Assembly (NCBI GenBank): GCA_963793305.1 | Contig: CAWBZV010000002.1 | Coordinates: 800,001 to 864,000, forward strand | Reading direction: 5' to 3' | Source: an uncultured Gemmatimonadales bacterium | GTDB taxonomy: Bacteria; Gemmatimonadota; Gemmatimonadetes; Gemmatimonadales; Gemmatimonadaceae | DNA: 64,000 nucleotides | Shown here: piece by piece, positions 10,498 to 20,361 of the stretch | Layout of the letters: each line of letters opens with the position of its first letter | How positions within the stretch are numbered: the first letter of the stretch is position 1 | Position numbers and translations under genes: made by a program | Notes under the pieces: model-generated | What the model saw: the letters and a program-made list of their open reading frames with translations, nothing else | The model's database searches: none | What the model was told of the DNA's origin: nothing

Positions 10498-11370
10498 CGC
10501 CAACGCGTCACGGAAGCAACGAATTGGCGCGGCAAGCCGACCCGGATAGGTCGAGTGGATGAGCCAGACGGTGAATACGGGTCGAAAGTCCTCGACTTCG
10601 ACGATCCGCACCGCATCCCCGAACGCGCTGCGATCGAGCATTCGAGGGAGCACCATTCCAACGCCATGTCCGCGCGCGATGAGCGACAGTTGCAGTTCGG
10701 CGCCGCCGACTTCGATGCCTGGCACGAGCGCGCGCCCGGTGGCGGCGAATGCGTCACGCAGCACGCGCCGGAACGAACAGCCATCGTGATCGAGCACCCA
10801 TGGGAGCTGCGCCAAATTCTCGAAGCGCACTCGCCCAGGGAGCGCGAGATCCTTGCTAGCGACGATCGCCGCGGGATCAGTGGTGAGCGCCTCGCCCCCG
10901 CGCCCCGCGAGAGGCTGGCGTCCGTCGAGCGTGAGCACGGCCGCGGCGTCGAGCGTGCCGCCGCGCACCGACTGAATCAGCGCTTCGGACCATCCGGTCA
11001 ACGCTCTCAAGTGCAACTGAGGGTAGGTCGCTCGCACGCGATCGACCGGTTCGGCCAGCGCGAGATCGCCGAGTGCGGCGGTGACGCCGACGCGAAGATC
11101 GCCCTGAGGCTCGCCGTCGGGTTCGAGGGCAAGAGTCATGTCGCGCACGGCTTGCACGACGCGGCGTGCCTGATCGTAGGCAGCCCGGCCGGCGGTGGTC
11201 AGCCGCGGCGGCTTCGACCGGCGGTCGAGCAGGGGAGAGCCGAGCGACTGCTCGAGGGACTGGACCCGACGCGTCACGCCCGGTTGCGTGAGGTGCAGCC
11301 GGAGCGCCGCGCCGCCGATTGAGCCGGTCTCGACGACCGCGATGAATGCTTCGAGATCAGGTATGTTCAT
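10186..11370 (-). CDS. LysR family transcriptional regulator (last ~100 codons antisense to the permease, probably a non-conserved extension)
   Basis: N-terminal HTH LEAFIAVVETGSIGGAALRLHLTQPGVTRRVQSLE; substrate-binding domain ends near 10500. Confidence 0.9.
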   Translation of the reverse strand: MNIPDLEAFIAVVETGSIGGAALRLHLTQPGVTRRVQSLEQSLGSPLLDRRSKPPRLTTAGRAAYDQARRVVQAVRDMTLALEPDGEPQGDLRVGVTAALGDLALAEPVDRVRATYPQLHLRALTGWSEALIQSVRGGTLDAAAVLTLDGRQPLAGRGGEALTTDPAAIVASKDLALPGRVRFENLAQLPWVLDHDGCSFRRVLRDAFAATGRALVPGIEVGGAELQLSLIARGHGVGMVLPRMLDRSAFGDAVRIVEVEDFRPVFTVWLIHSTYPGRLAAPIRCFRDALALGLAQREHRVEVGGASRRKVAREDRDAGDHNRNPNHDRRVGRRHQEEELGQHPFQRKPTHETDRDADHREAKPGAEHEPQDIRALGAKSDAEPDLLRALGDEV

Positions 11371-11417
11371 GCGCGCAAAGCATGATTATCGTGACAATAA
11401 TTGATTTGTAGTATAAT
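11369..11417. promoter_or_regulatory. LTTR box (ATGC-N7-GCAT, T-N11-A) and TATAAT -10 for the MFS gene
   Basis: ATGCGCGCAAAGCAT at 11369-11383 overlaps the lysR start; TATAAT at 11412-11417. Confidence 0.65.
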
Positions 11418-11440
11418 GCTACGCCCAGTAGCCTTCGTCC

Positions 11441-12781
11441 ATGAGGTCTAAAGTCATCCTCGTGACGATGGCGACCGTGACCGCCCTCGTCACGCTCGAT
11501 GCGACGATCGTCGCGGTGGCATTGCCGTCGATTGCCCGTGGGCTCCACGCCTCGTTCGCCGACGTTGAGTGGGTGATCGGCAGCTACGTGCTGGCCTTCG
11601 CGTCGCTCATGACGCCCTTCGGCGCACTCGGCGACCATCGGGGCCGAAAGGGCGCGGTGCTCGCCGGTGTGTCCCTCTTCGCCATCGCGTCGCTCCTCTG
11701 TGGCGTGGCGCAGAATGCATCGCTCCTCATCAGCGCACGCGTACTCCAAGGCATCGGCGCGGCGTTCTTGCCGCCCGCGGCGCTCGGCATCATCGGGCAC
11801 ACGTTCCAGGGCGAGGAACGGAACCGCGCGTTCGGCGTGTGGGGCTCGGTCATCGGCCTCGCCGTCGTCGCCGGCCCGGTGATCGGTGGCATCGTCACGT
11901 CGCTCATGGGCTGGCGTTGGACGTTCTTGATCAACCTGCCACTCTGCGTGGTGCTGTGCGTCGCGATCGTGCGATGGGTGCCCGACTCGCGCAACCCGCA
12001 CGCGCGGCGCTACGACATCGGAGGGAGTGTCACATTTTGTGGCGCGCTCTTCTTTCTCACCTGGGCGCTGATCGATCCGCACGATATGGCCGCGCGCATC
12101 GCCGGATCGCTGGTCATGCTCATCGCGTTCGTCGCGATCGAGCGCCGACAGCGCGAGCCGATGCTCGACTTAGGTCTGTTCCGCCGGTCAGACTTCCTCG
12201 GCGCGGTCGCCGCGATGGCCGGATACTCGGCGAGCGCGCAGGTGCTGGTCTATTTCTTTCCGCTCTTTCTCCAGAATGGCATCGGATACTCGCCGCTGAC
12301 GTCCGGCATCGCCATGCTACCGTACGCCATTCCACTCTTCCTCATGCCGCGCGTGGCCGCGCGACTGACCATCCAGCGCGGGAATCGCATGGTCCTGGCG
12401 TCGGGCCTGGCGATCGTGGCGGTCGGTGATCTCCTCATGGCGCTCGCTGCGCCGCGGCTCAGCTATCCGCTCTTCGCGGGCGCGATGTTCGTCTCGGGGC
12501 TAGGCGCCGGTCTCCTGAATGGGGAGACCGCGCAGACCCTGCAGGCCACGATCCCCACGGCGCAAGGCGGAATGGCCGGGGGATTGAGCGCGACGGTTCG
12601 CTTCGCCTCGATCCTCCTGGCGGTGGCGATCCTCGGCGTCTTTTACTCGCACAAGGGCATTCCGTGGGTGATGGCGGCGGCCAGCATCGTCGCCGTTTTG
12701 TCCGCGACGTTCGTTTGGCGGTTGCTGCCGGTTCGCGAGATCTCCGACCGAGCCCAGCTCGAACCCCTCGCCGTGGACTGA
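11441..12781 (+). CDS. MFS drug efflux transporter (DHA2-like)
   Basis: LDATIVAVALPSI, GALGDHRGRK motif A, GPVIGG, WRWTFLINLP. Confidence 0.92.
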   Translation: MRSKVILVTMATVTALVTLDATIVAVALPSIARGLHASFADVEWVIGSYVLAFASLMTPFGALGDHRGRKGAVLAGVSLFAIASLLCGVAQNASLLISARVLQGIGAAFLPPAALGIIGHTFQGEERNRAFGVWGSVIGLAVVAGPVIGGIVTSLMGWRWTFLINLPLCVVLCVAIVRWVPDSRNPHARRYDIGGSVTFCGALFFLTWALIDPHDMAARIAGSLVMLIAFVAIERRQREPMLDLGLFRRSDFLGAVAAMAGYSASAQVLVYFFPLFLQNGIGYSPLTSGIAMLPYAIPLFLMPRVAARLTIQRGNRMVLASGLAIVAVGDLLMALAAPRLSYPLFAGAMFVSGLGAGLLNGETAQTLQATIPTAQGGMAGGLSATVRFASILLAVAILGVFYSHKGIPWVMAAASIVAVLSATFVWRLLPVREISDRAQLEPLAVD

Positions 12782-12804
12782 CGCGGTCGTAGATTTGGCC
12801 CGCT

Positions 12805-13551
12805 ATGAGTGGAGATTTCGCCGGGCGGGTCGCGATTATCACGGGAGCGGCGCGTGGTCTCGGGAGAGCCGTCGCCGTGCGCCTCATCGAGCGTGGCGCT
12901 CGCGTGGCGGTCAATGTGCGGGACGCCGAGCGCGCCGAGGCGGTGGCGAGAGACCTGGGTCCACAGGCGCTTGGCGTTCCGGGTGACATCGCTGCACCCG
13001 GTATACCAGACGCCATCGCCCGTCAGACGCTGGACCACTTCGGCCGGATCGATATTCTCGTCAACAACGCGGCGTTGGCCACGTCCACGCGTTTCGGCGA
13101 CCTGTCCGCCGATGAGTGGCGATTGGCGCTCGAGGTCAACGTGACCGCGCCTTTTCTGCTCACAAAGGCCGTGTTGCCCGCCATGAAGGCGCAGCAGTAC
13201 GGCCGCATTGTGAATATCTCGTCGACCGCGGGAAAGACGGTGAGCACACTCGGGGGAGCGCACTATACCACGTCGAAGGCGGCGCTCCAGGGACTCACGA
13301 GGGCCGCGGCCAAGGAGCTCGGGACGTTCGGGATTACCGTGAACGCCGTGTGCCCCGGGATGATCGACACGGAGCTGACACACGAGTACGCGTCGGACGA
13401 TCTGTTGCAACGTCTGGCGGCGAGTTACCCGGTGCCCCGTCTCGGGACGTCGCGAGAAGTGGCGGACCTGGTATGTTTCGCGGCTTCCGAGGCCGCGGGG
13501 TACATCACGGGTGCCTCGCTCGACATCAACGGCGGCGATCTGATGCTATGA
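12805..13551 (+). CDS. SDR family oxidoreductase (FabG-like)
   Basis: TGAARGLG, NNA, YTTSK catalytic motif. Confidence 0.95.
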   Translation: MSGDFAGRVAIITGAARGLGRAVAVRLIERGARVAVNVRDAERAEAVARDLGPQALGVPGDIAAPGIPDAIARQTLDHFGRIDILVNNAALATSTRFGDLSADEWRLALEVNVTAPFLLTKAVLPAMKAQQYGRIVNISSTAGKTVSTLGGAHYTTSKAALQGLTRAAAKELGTFGITVNAVCPGMIDTELTHEYASDDLLQRLAASYPVPRLGTSREVADLVCFAASEAAGYITGASLDINGGDLML

Positions 13552-14774
13552 AAGTTTTGATCGCGCTCATCGCGGCGCTCGTCATCGGGGCCGCGATCGC
13601 CGCCTCGGGCAATCCGACGCTCCTCGGATTCGCCGACGCGCTCGTGCCGATCGGCACCCTCTGGATCAATGCGATCCGCATGACGGTGATTCCACTCGTC
13701 ATCGCGCTCTTGATCACCGGCGTGGCATTGACATTGGACGTGAAGGCCATTGGCCGCATCGGCAGTCGAACGCTCGTCGTGTTCATCTCGCTACTCGTTG
13801 GCGTGGCCATCGTCTCGGGGATCGTGGCTCCCCTCGTCTTCAGACTCCTCCCGCCCAACCTGGGGAGTCACCCGTCGCTGCCGCCCGGCGCGGCGGAGGC
13901 CGCCGAGCAGCTCGGTGCGGCCGGTGCCACGCCGACGTTCGGCGCGTGGGTCGTCTCCCTCATCCCGCCAAATCCGATCGCCGCGGCGGCGAATGGCGCG
14001 ATCGTGCCGCTCATCATCTTCACGGTGTTGCTCGGACTGGCGATCGCCCACAGTCCGCCCGTTGCGCGCGATCGGCTCGTCGAGTTTTTCGCGGCATTCC
14101 GCAATGCGATGCTGACGCTCGTGCAATGGGTGATCGCGGTCGCTCCGATCGGCGTGTTCGCGCTGCTGCTGCCGCTGGCCGCGAAGAGCGGCGCCGCGCT
14201 GGTCGGCGGCGTTGGGTTCTACATTGTGGTCTACTCCCTCGGGCAGATTCTGGCGACGCTCGTGCTCTATCCCGTCGTGGCCATGTTCGCCCACGTGCCG
14301 ATGCGGCAGTTCGCGCGAGCCGCGTTGCCCGCCCAGCTCATCGCGTTCAGCTCCAGCTCGTCCATCGCCGCGCTCCCCGCGCTCGTCGAGGGCGCCGAGC
14401 GCGACCTCGATCTCCCGGATCGGGTCGCGGGGTTCGTGGTGCCGCTCGCGGTCTCCATGTATAAGATCGCGGCGCCGCTCTCGTGGACCATCGGCGCGCT
14501 GTTTATCGCCTGGTTCTATGGTATCACGTTGCACGTGCGAGAGCTGGGGCTCATCGCGGTGGCGGGTGTGTTCCTCACGTTCGCCGCGCCGGGCGTCCCA
14601 CGGGGCGCGTTTCTCATGCTCACGCCGCTCTTCTTGGCAGTCGGCTTGCCGGCCGAAGGGATCGGGATATTGATCGCGGTAGACACGATCCCCGACTTGT
14701 TCTCGACGGTGTTCAATACAACCGGCAATCTCGCGGCTACCGCCCTTGTGGGAGCTAAAGCCCCAGTTCGCTGA
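13548..14774 (+). CDS. Dicarboxylate/amino acid:cation symporter (DAACS)
   Basis: ATG13548 overlaps the SDR stop; [11 protein letters not shown] serine-rich motif; [12 protein letters not shown]. Confidence 0.9.
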   Translation: MKVLIALIAALVIGAAIAASGNPTLLGFADALVPIGTLWINAIRMTVIPLVIALLITGVALTLDVKAIGRIGSRTLVVFISLLVGVAIVSGIVAPLVFRLLPPNLGSHPSLPPGAAEAAEQLGAAGATPTFGAWVVSLIPPNPIAAAANGAIVPLIIFTVLLGLAIAHSPPVARDRLVEFFAAFRNAMLTLVQWVIAVAPIGVFALLLPLAAKSGAALVGGVGFYIVVYSLGQILATLVLYPVVAMFAHVPMRQFARAALPAQLIAFSSSSSIAALPALVEGAERDLDLPDRVAGFVVPLAVSMYKIAAPLSWTIGALFIAWFYGITLHVRELGLIAVAGVFLTFAAPGVPRGAFLMLTPLFLAVGLPAEGIGILIAVDTIPDLFSTVFNTTGNLAATALVGAKAPVR

Positions 14775-15231
14775 GGCCAGGGTGGTTGTCCGGCCGACGG
14801 CCTAACGGCCAGTGGTATTTCCGGTCGGCCTCCTGAATTGGGAGATCGTTGATCGACGCCAGCCGTCGTTGCATGAGGCCATTCTCGTCGAACTCCCAGT
14901 TCTCATTGCCGTACGACCGGAACCAGTGCCCGGAGTCGTCGTGCCACTCGTACGCGAATCGTACGGCGATGCGATTGCCCTCGAAGGCCCAGAGCTCCTT
15001 GATCAGCCGATAGTCCAGCTCCTTGGCCCACTTACGCGCGAGGAACGCGACGATCTCGGCGCGACCATTCAGGAACTCGGCGCGATTTCGCCAGCGCGAG
15101 TCGGAGGTGTAGGCGAGCGATACCTTCTCGGGGTCGCGTGAGTTCCACCCGTCTTCGGCCATACGGACCTTTTGGGTCGCGGTCTCGCGGGTGAACGGCG
15201 GCACGGGTGGCCGCGCTGTTATGGCACTCAT
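14755..15231 (-). CDS. DUF1348 / NTF2-like (SnoaL-fold) protein
   Basis: [28 protein letters not shown]...[13 protein letters not shown]...RRLASIND. Confidence 0.9.
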   Translation of the reverse strand: MSAITARPPVPPFTRETATQKVRMAEDGWNSRDPEKVSLAYTSDSRWRNRAEFLNGRAEIVAFLARKWAKELDYRLIKELWAFEGNRIAVRFAYEWHDDSGHWFRSYGNENWEFDENGLMQRRLASINDLPIQEADRKYHWPLGRRPDNHPGLSELGL

Positions 15232-15251
15232 GATCAGTCCGTCTACCAGAT

Positions 15252-15653
15252 ATGAGAAAGCAACGACCGATGCTCGCCGTTCTCGCAATATGCGCTTTCG
15301 TATGGGGAGTGTACATGCTACTCGCGGCGTGGTCGTTTGGCCGAACGGCCCACCGCGTACAGGGACTGATCGTCGATCGTGACAACGCGAATTTCACGGT
15401 GCAGTACATGGTCAACGGTCAGATGCTGCAGTTGACCGAGGCATTGCCAAGCACGAAGGGCATGTCGGGCATGACGAGACAGCAATTGCGGCCCGGTAAC
15501 AGCGTGCCGGTCCTCTACGACCCGGCCCTACCGACGCGAGCGAAATGGGACAGCAATCGCGTGTGGGCCATGCCGGTCGCGATCATGGCGGTCGCTATGA
15601 TCGCTTTCGGCGTCGCAATGTTCCCAAACTTGATGGCGCGTCCCCTACGCTGA
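15252..15653 (+). CDS. DUF3592-like membrane-anchored protein
   Basis: TM, then a beta region with '[10 protein letters not shown]', then a second TM. Confidence 0.6.
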   Translation: MRKQRPMLAVLAICAFVWGVYMLLAAWSFGRTAHRVQGLIVDRDNANFTVQYMVNGQMLQLTEALPSTKGMSGMTRQQLRPGNSVPVLYDPALPTRAKWDSNRVWAMPVAIMAVAMIAFGVAMFPNLMARPLR

Positions 15654-15681
15654 CATGTGGGACGCTATAAATTAGTCCGGC

Positions 15682-16353
15682 ATGGGCCGGCTCGCGATCT
15701 ACATGCAGATGCTCTTCCGTTACAAGCCGCAGCGATACTGGAACGACATCCTCTCGGAGTCGTTCGACCTGCGCGGCGTCGGCCACTTCGGCCGGAGCGA
15801 GGCCGAGAATGCGGCGATGTACGCGGAGAAGCGCGCGATCATCGAGCGCGAGCTCGCGCGCTGCAACGTGGCGCTCGGCCCCGACACCCGCGTGCTCGAG
15901 ATCGGGAGCGGCGTCGGATACTGGACGGAGTTCTTGCGGTCGAAGGGTGTGCGTCATTACACGGGAAACGACATCGCCCCGGTGTCGATCGAGACGCTCG
16001 GCGCCCGCTATCCTGATTTCACGTTCGTGCTCGGCGACGCCGGCCAGATAGCGTTGCCGGCCGCGTCGTTCGATCTCGGTTGGATGATCGACGTGACGCA
16101 GCACATCACCGATGACGCCGCGTTCGATCGCGCGATCACGAACGTCTGGCAGGCGCTCCGCCCCGGCGCGACTTTCGTGGTCACATTCTGGGATCCGGCC
16201 ACGAACAAGTACCTGGCGAACAAGTTACGGTTGAACCGCATCGAGAAGCCGCGCGGGCTCGCGGCCTATCGCGCCGTGTTCGGCGCCGGCGCGCAGATTT
16301 CCGACCCGGCGCCATTCAACGACAAGCACCTAGTCGTCGTTCGCAAACCCTAA
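15682..16353 (+). CDS. Class I SAM-dependent methyltransferase
   Basis: VLEIGSGVG motif I, FDLG, LRPGA. Confidence 0.9.
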   Translation: MGRLAIYMQMLFRYKPQRYWNDILSESFDLRGVGHFGRSEAENAAMYAEKRAIIERELARCNVALGPDTRVLEIGSGVGYWTEFLRSKGVRHYTGNDIAPVSIETLGARYPDFTFVLGDAGQIALPAASFDLGWMIDVTQHITDDAAFDRAITNVWQALRPGATFVVTFWDPATNKYLANKLRLNRIEKPRGLAAYRAVFGAGAQISDPAPFNDKHLVVVRKP

Positions 16354-16763
16354 TGGATATTCGCGTCCAGGCGCTGAACTCATCGGATTGGATGGAGCTG
16401 CGCGATGCGCGTCCGGCCGATGAAGTCTCGCTCTACCGCGCGCTCTTTCGCGTCCAGGTCGACGGCCAGGTGCACAACCGTCCGTTCTGGTTCGACCGCT
16501 CTGACCTCGACGAGTTCGCCCACGATCTCGCGTGGCTGGACAAGGCGGTCGGCGGCCGCGCGACCCTCAACCACGCGGGTCGTCCCGAGTACTTGACGGT
16601 CGTGATCGAAGCCTCAGGAACAGCCTACGTCACCGGCGAGCTCTTCGACTTCGACGACCCTGACCAACACGTGCGCTTTCGCCTCCAACAGAGCCGCGCT
16701 TCGCTCCGCACGCTATTGCGCGACGTGCGGACGCTGCTCGATATGCGCGTACCGCCGGGCTGA
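16353..16763 (+). CDS. Hypothetical protein (possible WapI/immunity-like fold)
   Basis: Coupled to the upstream stop (TAATG); 'FWFDRSDLDEFAHDL..L....GRATL' pattern. Family call tentative. Confidence 0.6.
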   Translation: MDIRVQALNSSDWMELRDARPADEVSLYRALFRVQVDGQVHNRPFWFDRSDLDEFAHDLAWLDKAVGGRATLNHAGRPEYLTVVIEASGTAYVTGELFDFDDPDQHVRFRLQQSRASLRTLLRDVRTLLDMRVPPG

Positions 16764-16773
16764 CCTGCTTATA

Positions 16774-16858
16774 CGGAGGGCGAGGGACTCGAACCCCCAA
16801 GCGGCTTTCGCCGCGCCAGTTTTCAAGACTGGTGCAATAGCCATTCTGCCAGCCCTCC
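16774..16858 (-). tRNA. tRNA-Ser (anticodon TGA), CCA not encoded
   Basis: GGAGGGC acceptor stem, CCAGT-CTTGAAA-ACTGG anticodon arm, long variable arm GCGGC-GAAA-GCCGC, TTCGAGT T-loop, G73. Confidence 0.97.
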
Positions 16859-17018
16859 TGACAACGTCACAAGCTATTGGCGCTGTGACGCTTGAGCAAC
16901 TTACTAGCGCGGCACCGCGCGCCGCGTCTTCGGCGAAGTATGACTCGGGCGCGTGCTCAGCGAGAAAGCTGGGGATAAGCAAGCTGGCCTACACTGCGGA
17001 ATGCTATGGGCGCGGGTT

Positions 17019-17151
17019 AACGCTTGGCGTTTCGGCGCGTGGCCACTTGCTCGTGGTAGTGCATACCGATGTCGAGGACGAAATTCGACTCATTTCGGCT
17101 CGACAGGCAACCCCGCGCGAGCGACGCCAATACGAAGAACACGGCCCGTAA
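17019..17151 (+). pseudogene. brnT: BrnT family toxin, 5'-truncated remnant
   Basis: Only the C-terminal half is present: LGVSARGHLLVVVHTDVEDEIRLISARQATPRERRQYEE. The N-terminal FEWD..K...N..KHG motif is absent. Confidence 0.75.
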
Positions 17152-17168
17152 AGTGGCCGTCTGTCGCA

Positions 17169-17345
17169 ATGGCTGACGACGAAATGCGAGACGAGTACGA
17201 TTTCAGCGGCGGCGTACGTGGGAAGTACGCGGCGCGCTACGCGCAGGGCACGAACATAGTCGTGCTCGATCGCGACGTAGCCGAGATCTTTCCGACATCG
17301 CGTCGTTTGGACTATCAGTTGCCGCACTCGTTGTCTCGCTGGTAA
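17169..17345 (+). pseudogene. BrnA-like antitoxin, 3'-truncated
   Basis: MADDEMRDEYDFSGGVRGKYAARYAQGTNIVVLDRDVAEIFPTS, then unrelated sequence; the expected 'AVNxALR' end is missing. Confidence 0.7.
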
Positions 17346-17807
17346 CCGCATGGGCCACCATGTGGCGTCGTGGTCGCGTCTGCATGACGCAGCCGACGCT
17401 CATTCACTTTGGGTTCGATCGAAGCGTGACGAGCGACGGTGTCAATCTGAAGGCGAGGATCTATCTACGCACCTTGCTGTTCAGCAGTGGAAAGCACGGG
17501 AACATTGTTGAGAACATGTACATGCGGGTCCGTCGCGGAGATACGGTCCAGACATTCAATGTCTGGGTTGCCACCGGATGGGACGGAATTCGTCTTTAGA
17601 GAGGGGGAGTATACCCTCGAGATGTGCGCGACACTGTTCCGGGTAAGGCAGCCGATCAAACTACACGAGTCCAAGCTCTCGCTTCGAGTTACGGATGCGA
17701 ACATCATGTCAGACACTCGCGCGGGTTGCTATTTCGATTGGAGTCCAGAGTCGGCACGCTATCATAATCACGTCGAGTCTGCGCCGCGGCCAGCCTTGAG
17801 AGAGTAG
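17291..17807 (+). pseudogene. Hypothetical N-terminal-TM protein, start lost and internally frameshifted (~17566)
   Basis: One frame reads SDIASFGLSVAALVVSLVTAWATMWRRGRVCMTQPT...FNVWV, then continues in another frame as LPPDGTEFVFREGEY...YFDWSPES. Confidence 0.6.
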
Positions 17808-17957
17808 CCGCTGGCAAATTTGGTGGTACTCCGGCCAACCACCCGGAAATGAGTGATATCACTCGACGAGAATCACCCGCGTCTTGCTTGTCGCTATGGC
17901 TGGCACTTGTGTTCGGCGGCTGCCGACGGCGACCGGTCGTCGCACTCCGGTAACCCG

Positions 17958-18581
17958 TCAGACGCGCCGCGGCAGGAGCACCAAGTCGGCCGCTTCCTCA
18001 GCATCTTTGAGGAGCGTCTTGCGCGGCGTGCCTATCCGCGCTCGCATGGTCAAGCCACGAGCAAAATCCGTGACTTGGATCGCGCGCACGACTACCGGAA
18101 AGTCAGGCGGGATGTCTCCCGCACAGATCCCGTCCCGGAAACGGCGCTCCACCAGCGCCGCGGCGCCCGCGACCGCGCTCTGCAGGAACCGCCGAACCTC
18201 AGCGTCGTTCACGAGCGGCGCGACGCATTCCAGAAGGCACCCCCGGGCGGACCCTTTCTCGGTCGCACTTTCGACGGCGTACCTCAGAAAGCCCGCGATC
18301 GAGTCGCGAAGACCCTGTGGCGAGAGGAGCGCCTTCGCGGCTGATGCGCCCTTCCGTTCTGCGTACGCCCTAAGAACGCGCAAGAATATCGCCCGCTTGT
18401 CCCCAAAGACGGCATACAGGCTCGGCCGTCCCACACCCATTCCGGCGACGAGATCGTCAATCGTCACTCCGTCGTAGCCCTTCGACCAGAACACCTGAGT
18501 CGCCTTTTCCAGCGCCCCCGTCTCGTCGAAGCTGCGCGGTCGACCCCGCGGCCTAGCGTTATTTTGAATCATTTGGTTCAA
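17958..18581 (-). CDS. TetR/AcrR family regulator (ComR-like)
   Basis: RGRPRSFDE...FWSKGYDGVTIDDLVAGMGVGRPSLYAVFGDK. Confidence 0.95.
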   Translation of the reverse strand: MNQMIQNNARPRGRPRSFDETGALEKATQVFWSKGYDGVTIDDLVAGMGVGRPSLYAVFGDKRAIFLRVLRAYAERKGASAAKALLSPQGLRDSIAGFLRYAVESATEKGSARGCLLECVAPLVNDAEVRRFLQSAVAGAAALVERRFRDGICAGDIPPDFPVVVRAIQVTDFARGLTMRARIGTPRKTLLKDAEEAADLVLLPRRV

Positions 18582-18632
18582 AACTCATTGACAATGGCCA
18601 TCGCACCAATAATATATAACTGAATAGTTCGA
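18562..18632. promoter_or_regulatory. TetR operator TTTTGAA-N8-TTCAAAA and sigma70-like promoter (TTGACA at 18588, TAATAT at 18610)
   Basis: Inverted repeat at 18562-18583; second AACT-N4-AGTT half-palindrome near 18618-18629. Confidence 0.7.
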
Positions 18633-18699
18633 AATTAGCATGGCACTGGCCTCGCGCGGCCTCACGACTCGACCTTCACCCTTCACCACGGAGACGCCC

Positions 18700-19674
18700 A
18701 TGAAACATTCGATCGCACTCGTCACCGGCACCACCTCCGGGCTCGGTTATGCGGCAGCCAGCATGCTCGCCGCCGAGGGCTGCCGCCAGGTCATCGTCAC
18801 CGGGCGCAGCCTGGCCCGGGTCCAGGAAACGGCCGCTCAGCTCGCGGCTGAGACCAAGACCCAGGTCTTCACGCCGCTGGAGCTGAATCTGAACGCACGG
18901 ACCAGCGTCCAGTCCGCCCTCGCCGAGCTGGTCAAGCGAGGTCGGCCGATCGATTTCCTACTGCTCAATGCAGGGATGGTCGGAGGTAAGAAGCGCGTGC
19001 TCACTGCGGCGGGTATCGAGGAGGATCAGGCCCCGCTCATCGGCCATCATCAACTGACTGTCGGGTTGCTCCGCGCCAACCTGTTGAGCCCCAACGCGCG
19101 GATTGTTATCGCCGGCTCGGAAGCTGCCCGAGGGGACGTCCCTATGTTCAGCTACACCGACGTGGCGGCCTTCGCGGCCAAACACCACCAGGGTGACCGA
19201 ACCGCTGCTGTTGAAGCCCTGGTGCGCAACGGGCCGAACGTGAAGTACGAGCCCAACCGGGCGTATACCGACGCGAAGCTCATTATCGCTTGGTGGGTCG
19301 CGGCGCTGGCGCGCCGGCTACCCTCCGGCATGGCCGTGTACGCTGTCTCGCCCGGTGCGGCGACCGACACCAAGGCGGTGCGAAACGCTGGCCCGGCGTT
19401 GAAGTATCTGTTTATCCCAATCGTGAACCTCATTCCCGGCATGAATCAGACGCCGGAGACCGCGGCCCGTCGGTACCTCCAGGCGTCGGAGTTCGGAACC
19501 GACGTCTCAGGCCAATTCTTCGCCTCGGCGCCGAAGAAGCTCACAGGCCCAATTGAGGCGATGCGCCACCCACACTTTCACGATCGCGCCAACCAGGAAG
19601 CCGCGTGGCAGGCCGTCGTTGAGGTCTCCGGCGTCGACTTGTCTTACCCAGCATCCTTGAGCGCGGTGTCCTGA
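18700..19674 (+). CDS. SDR family oxidoreductase (retinol dehydrogenase/WWOX-like)
   Basis: GGAG RBS before ATG18700; TGTTSGLG, LLNAG, YTDAK. Confidence 0.9.
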   Translation: MKHSIALVTGTTSGLGYAAASMLAAEGCRQVIVTGRSLARVQETAAQLAAETKTQVFTPLELNLNARTSVQSALAELVKRGRPIDFLLLNAGMVGGKKRVLTAAGIEEDQAPLIGHHQLTVGLLRANLLSPNARIVIAGSEAARGDVPMFSYTDVAAFAAKHHQGDRTAAVEALVRNGPNVKYEPNRAYTDAKLIIAWWVAALARRLPSGMAVYAVSPGAATDTKAVRNAGPALKYLFIPIVNLIPGMNQTPETAARRYLQASEFGTDVSGQFFASAPKKLTGPIEAMRHPHFHDRANQEAAWQAVVEVSGVDLSYPASLSAVS

Positions 19675-20361
19675 AGGAGCGCCGGTCGCGGCGAAATGGT
19701 CGCGGTGACCAGAATAAGCATGCGATTGCGGAGCTACGTGGTCGTCCACGGTGTGACCGACCTGGGACCGCCGGTATTCTCTGCGTATGGCACGGCGAGC
19801 GGAAGACGTGCGTTGCTGTGCGTGCTGGTCTGAACCATGATGGCCGAGCATCCTCGGAAACGCCAGAGGCATTCCGAGTCGTGTTCGACAGTCTTCGCCT
19901 GATGCAGATTCGCTGACGCGGCGAGTTCATGTGCTCTCATGATGGGGCTCGCGTGCTGTAAGTGGCGATACGGAACCGCGAGAAGGCGACAGGATAGACG
20001 CTCGGTCCAACCGGTCTATCGAGTAGTCCGCACGCGCGGCGCATGAACGCCGAGGACATCGCGTCAGCACAAGGTCAGCGTCGGACTATCGGTCTCCAGA
20101 TATCCGATTATGCGCCGGCAAGGAGCTTGAGCAGTTGGATGACCGCTGGCATGTACGCCGACCGATAGTGGAAGCTGCGCTTATCCAGCTTGTCAACGAG
20201 GCGACACACCACTTTCTCGATCTTCACCCGAGCGTAATCGGTGACACCGGAGGGGCACAATCTCGCCCACCGCGCGATCGCCGGCGACGAGTCGCCTGCT
20301 CGCGACCCTAGATTGACCACTTCAGGCTTGCCTTCCGATCTCGCATGACGATCTTGCTTGC

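Noticed and set aside
16774..16858. Long-variable-arm tRNA as tRNA-Sec (selA is in the window)
   Set aside because: The anticodon is TGA (Ser), not TCA, and the acceptor stem is the normal 7 bp.
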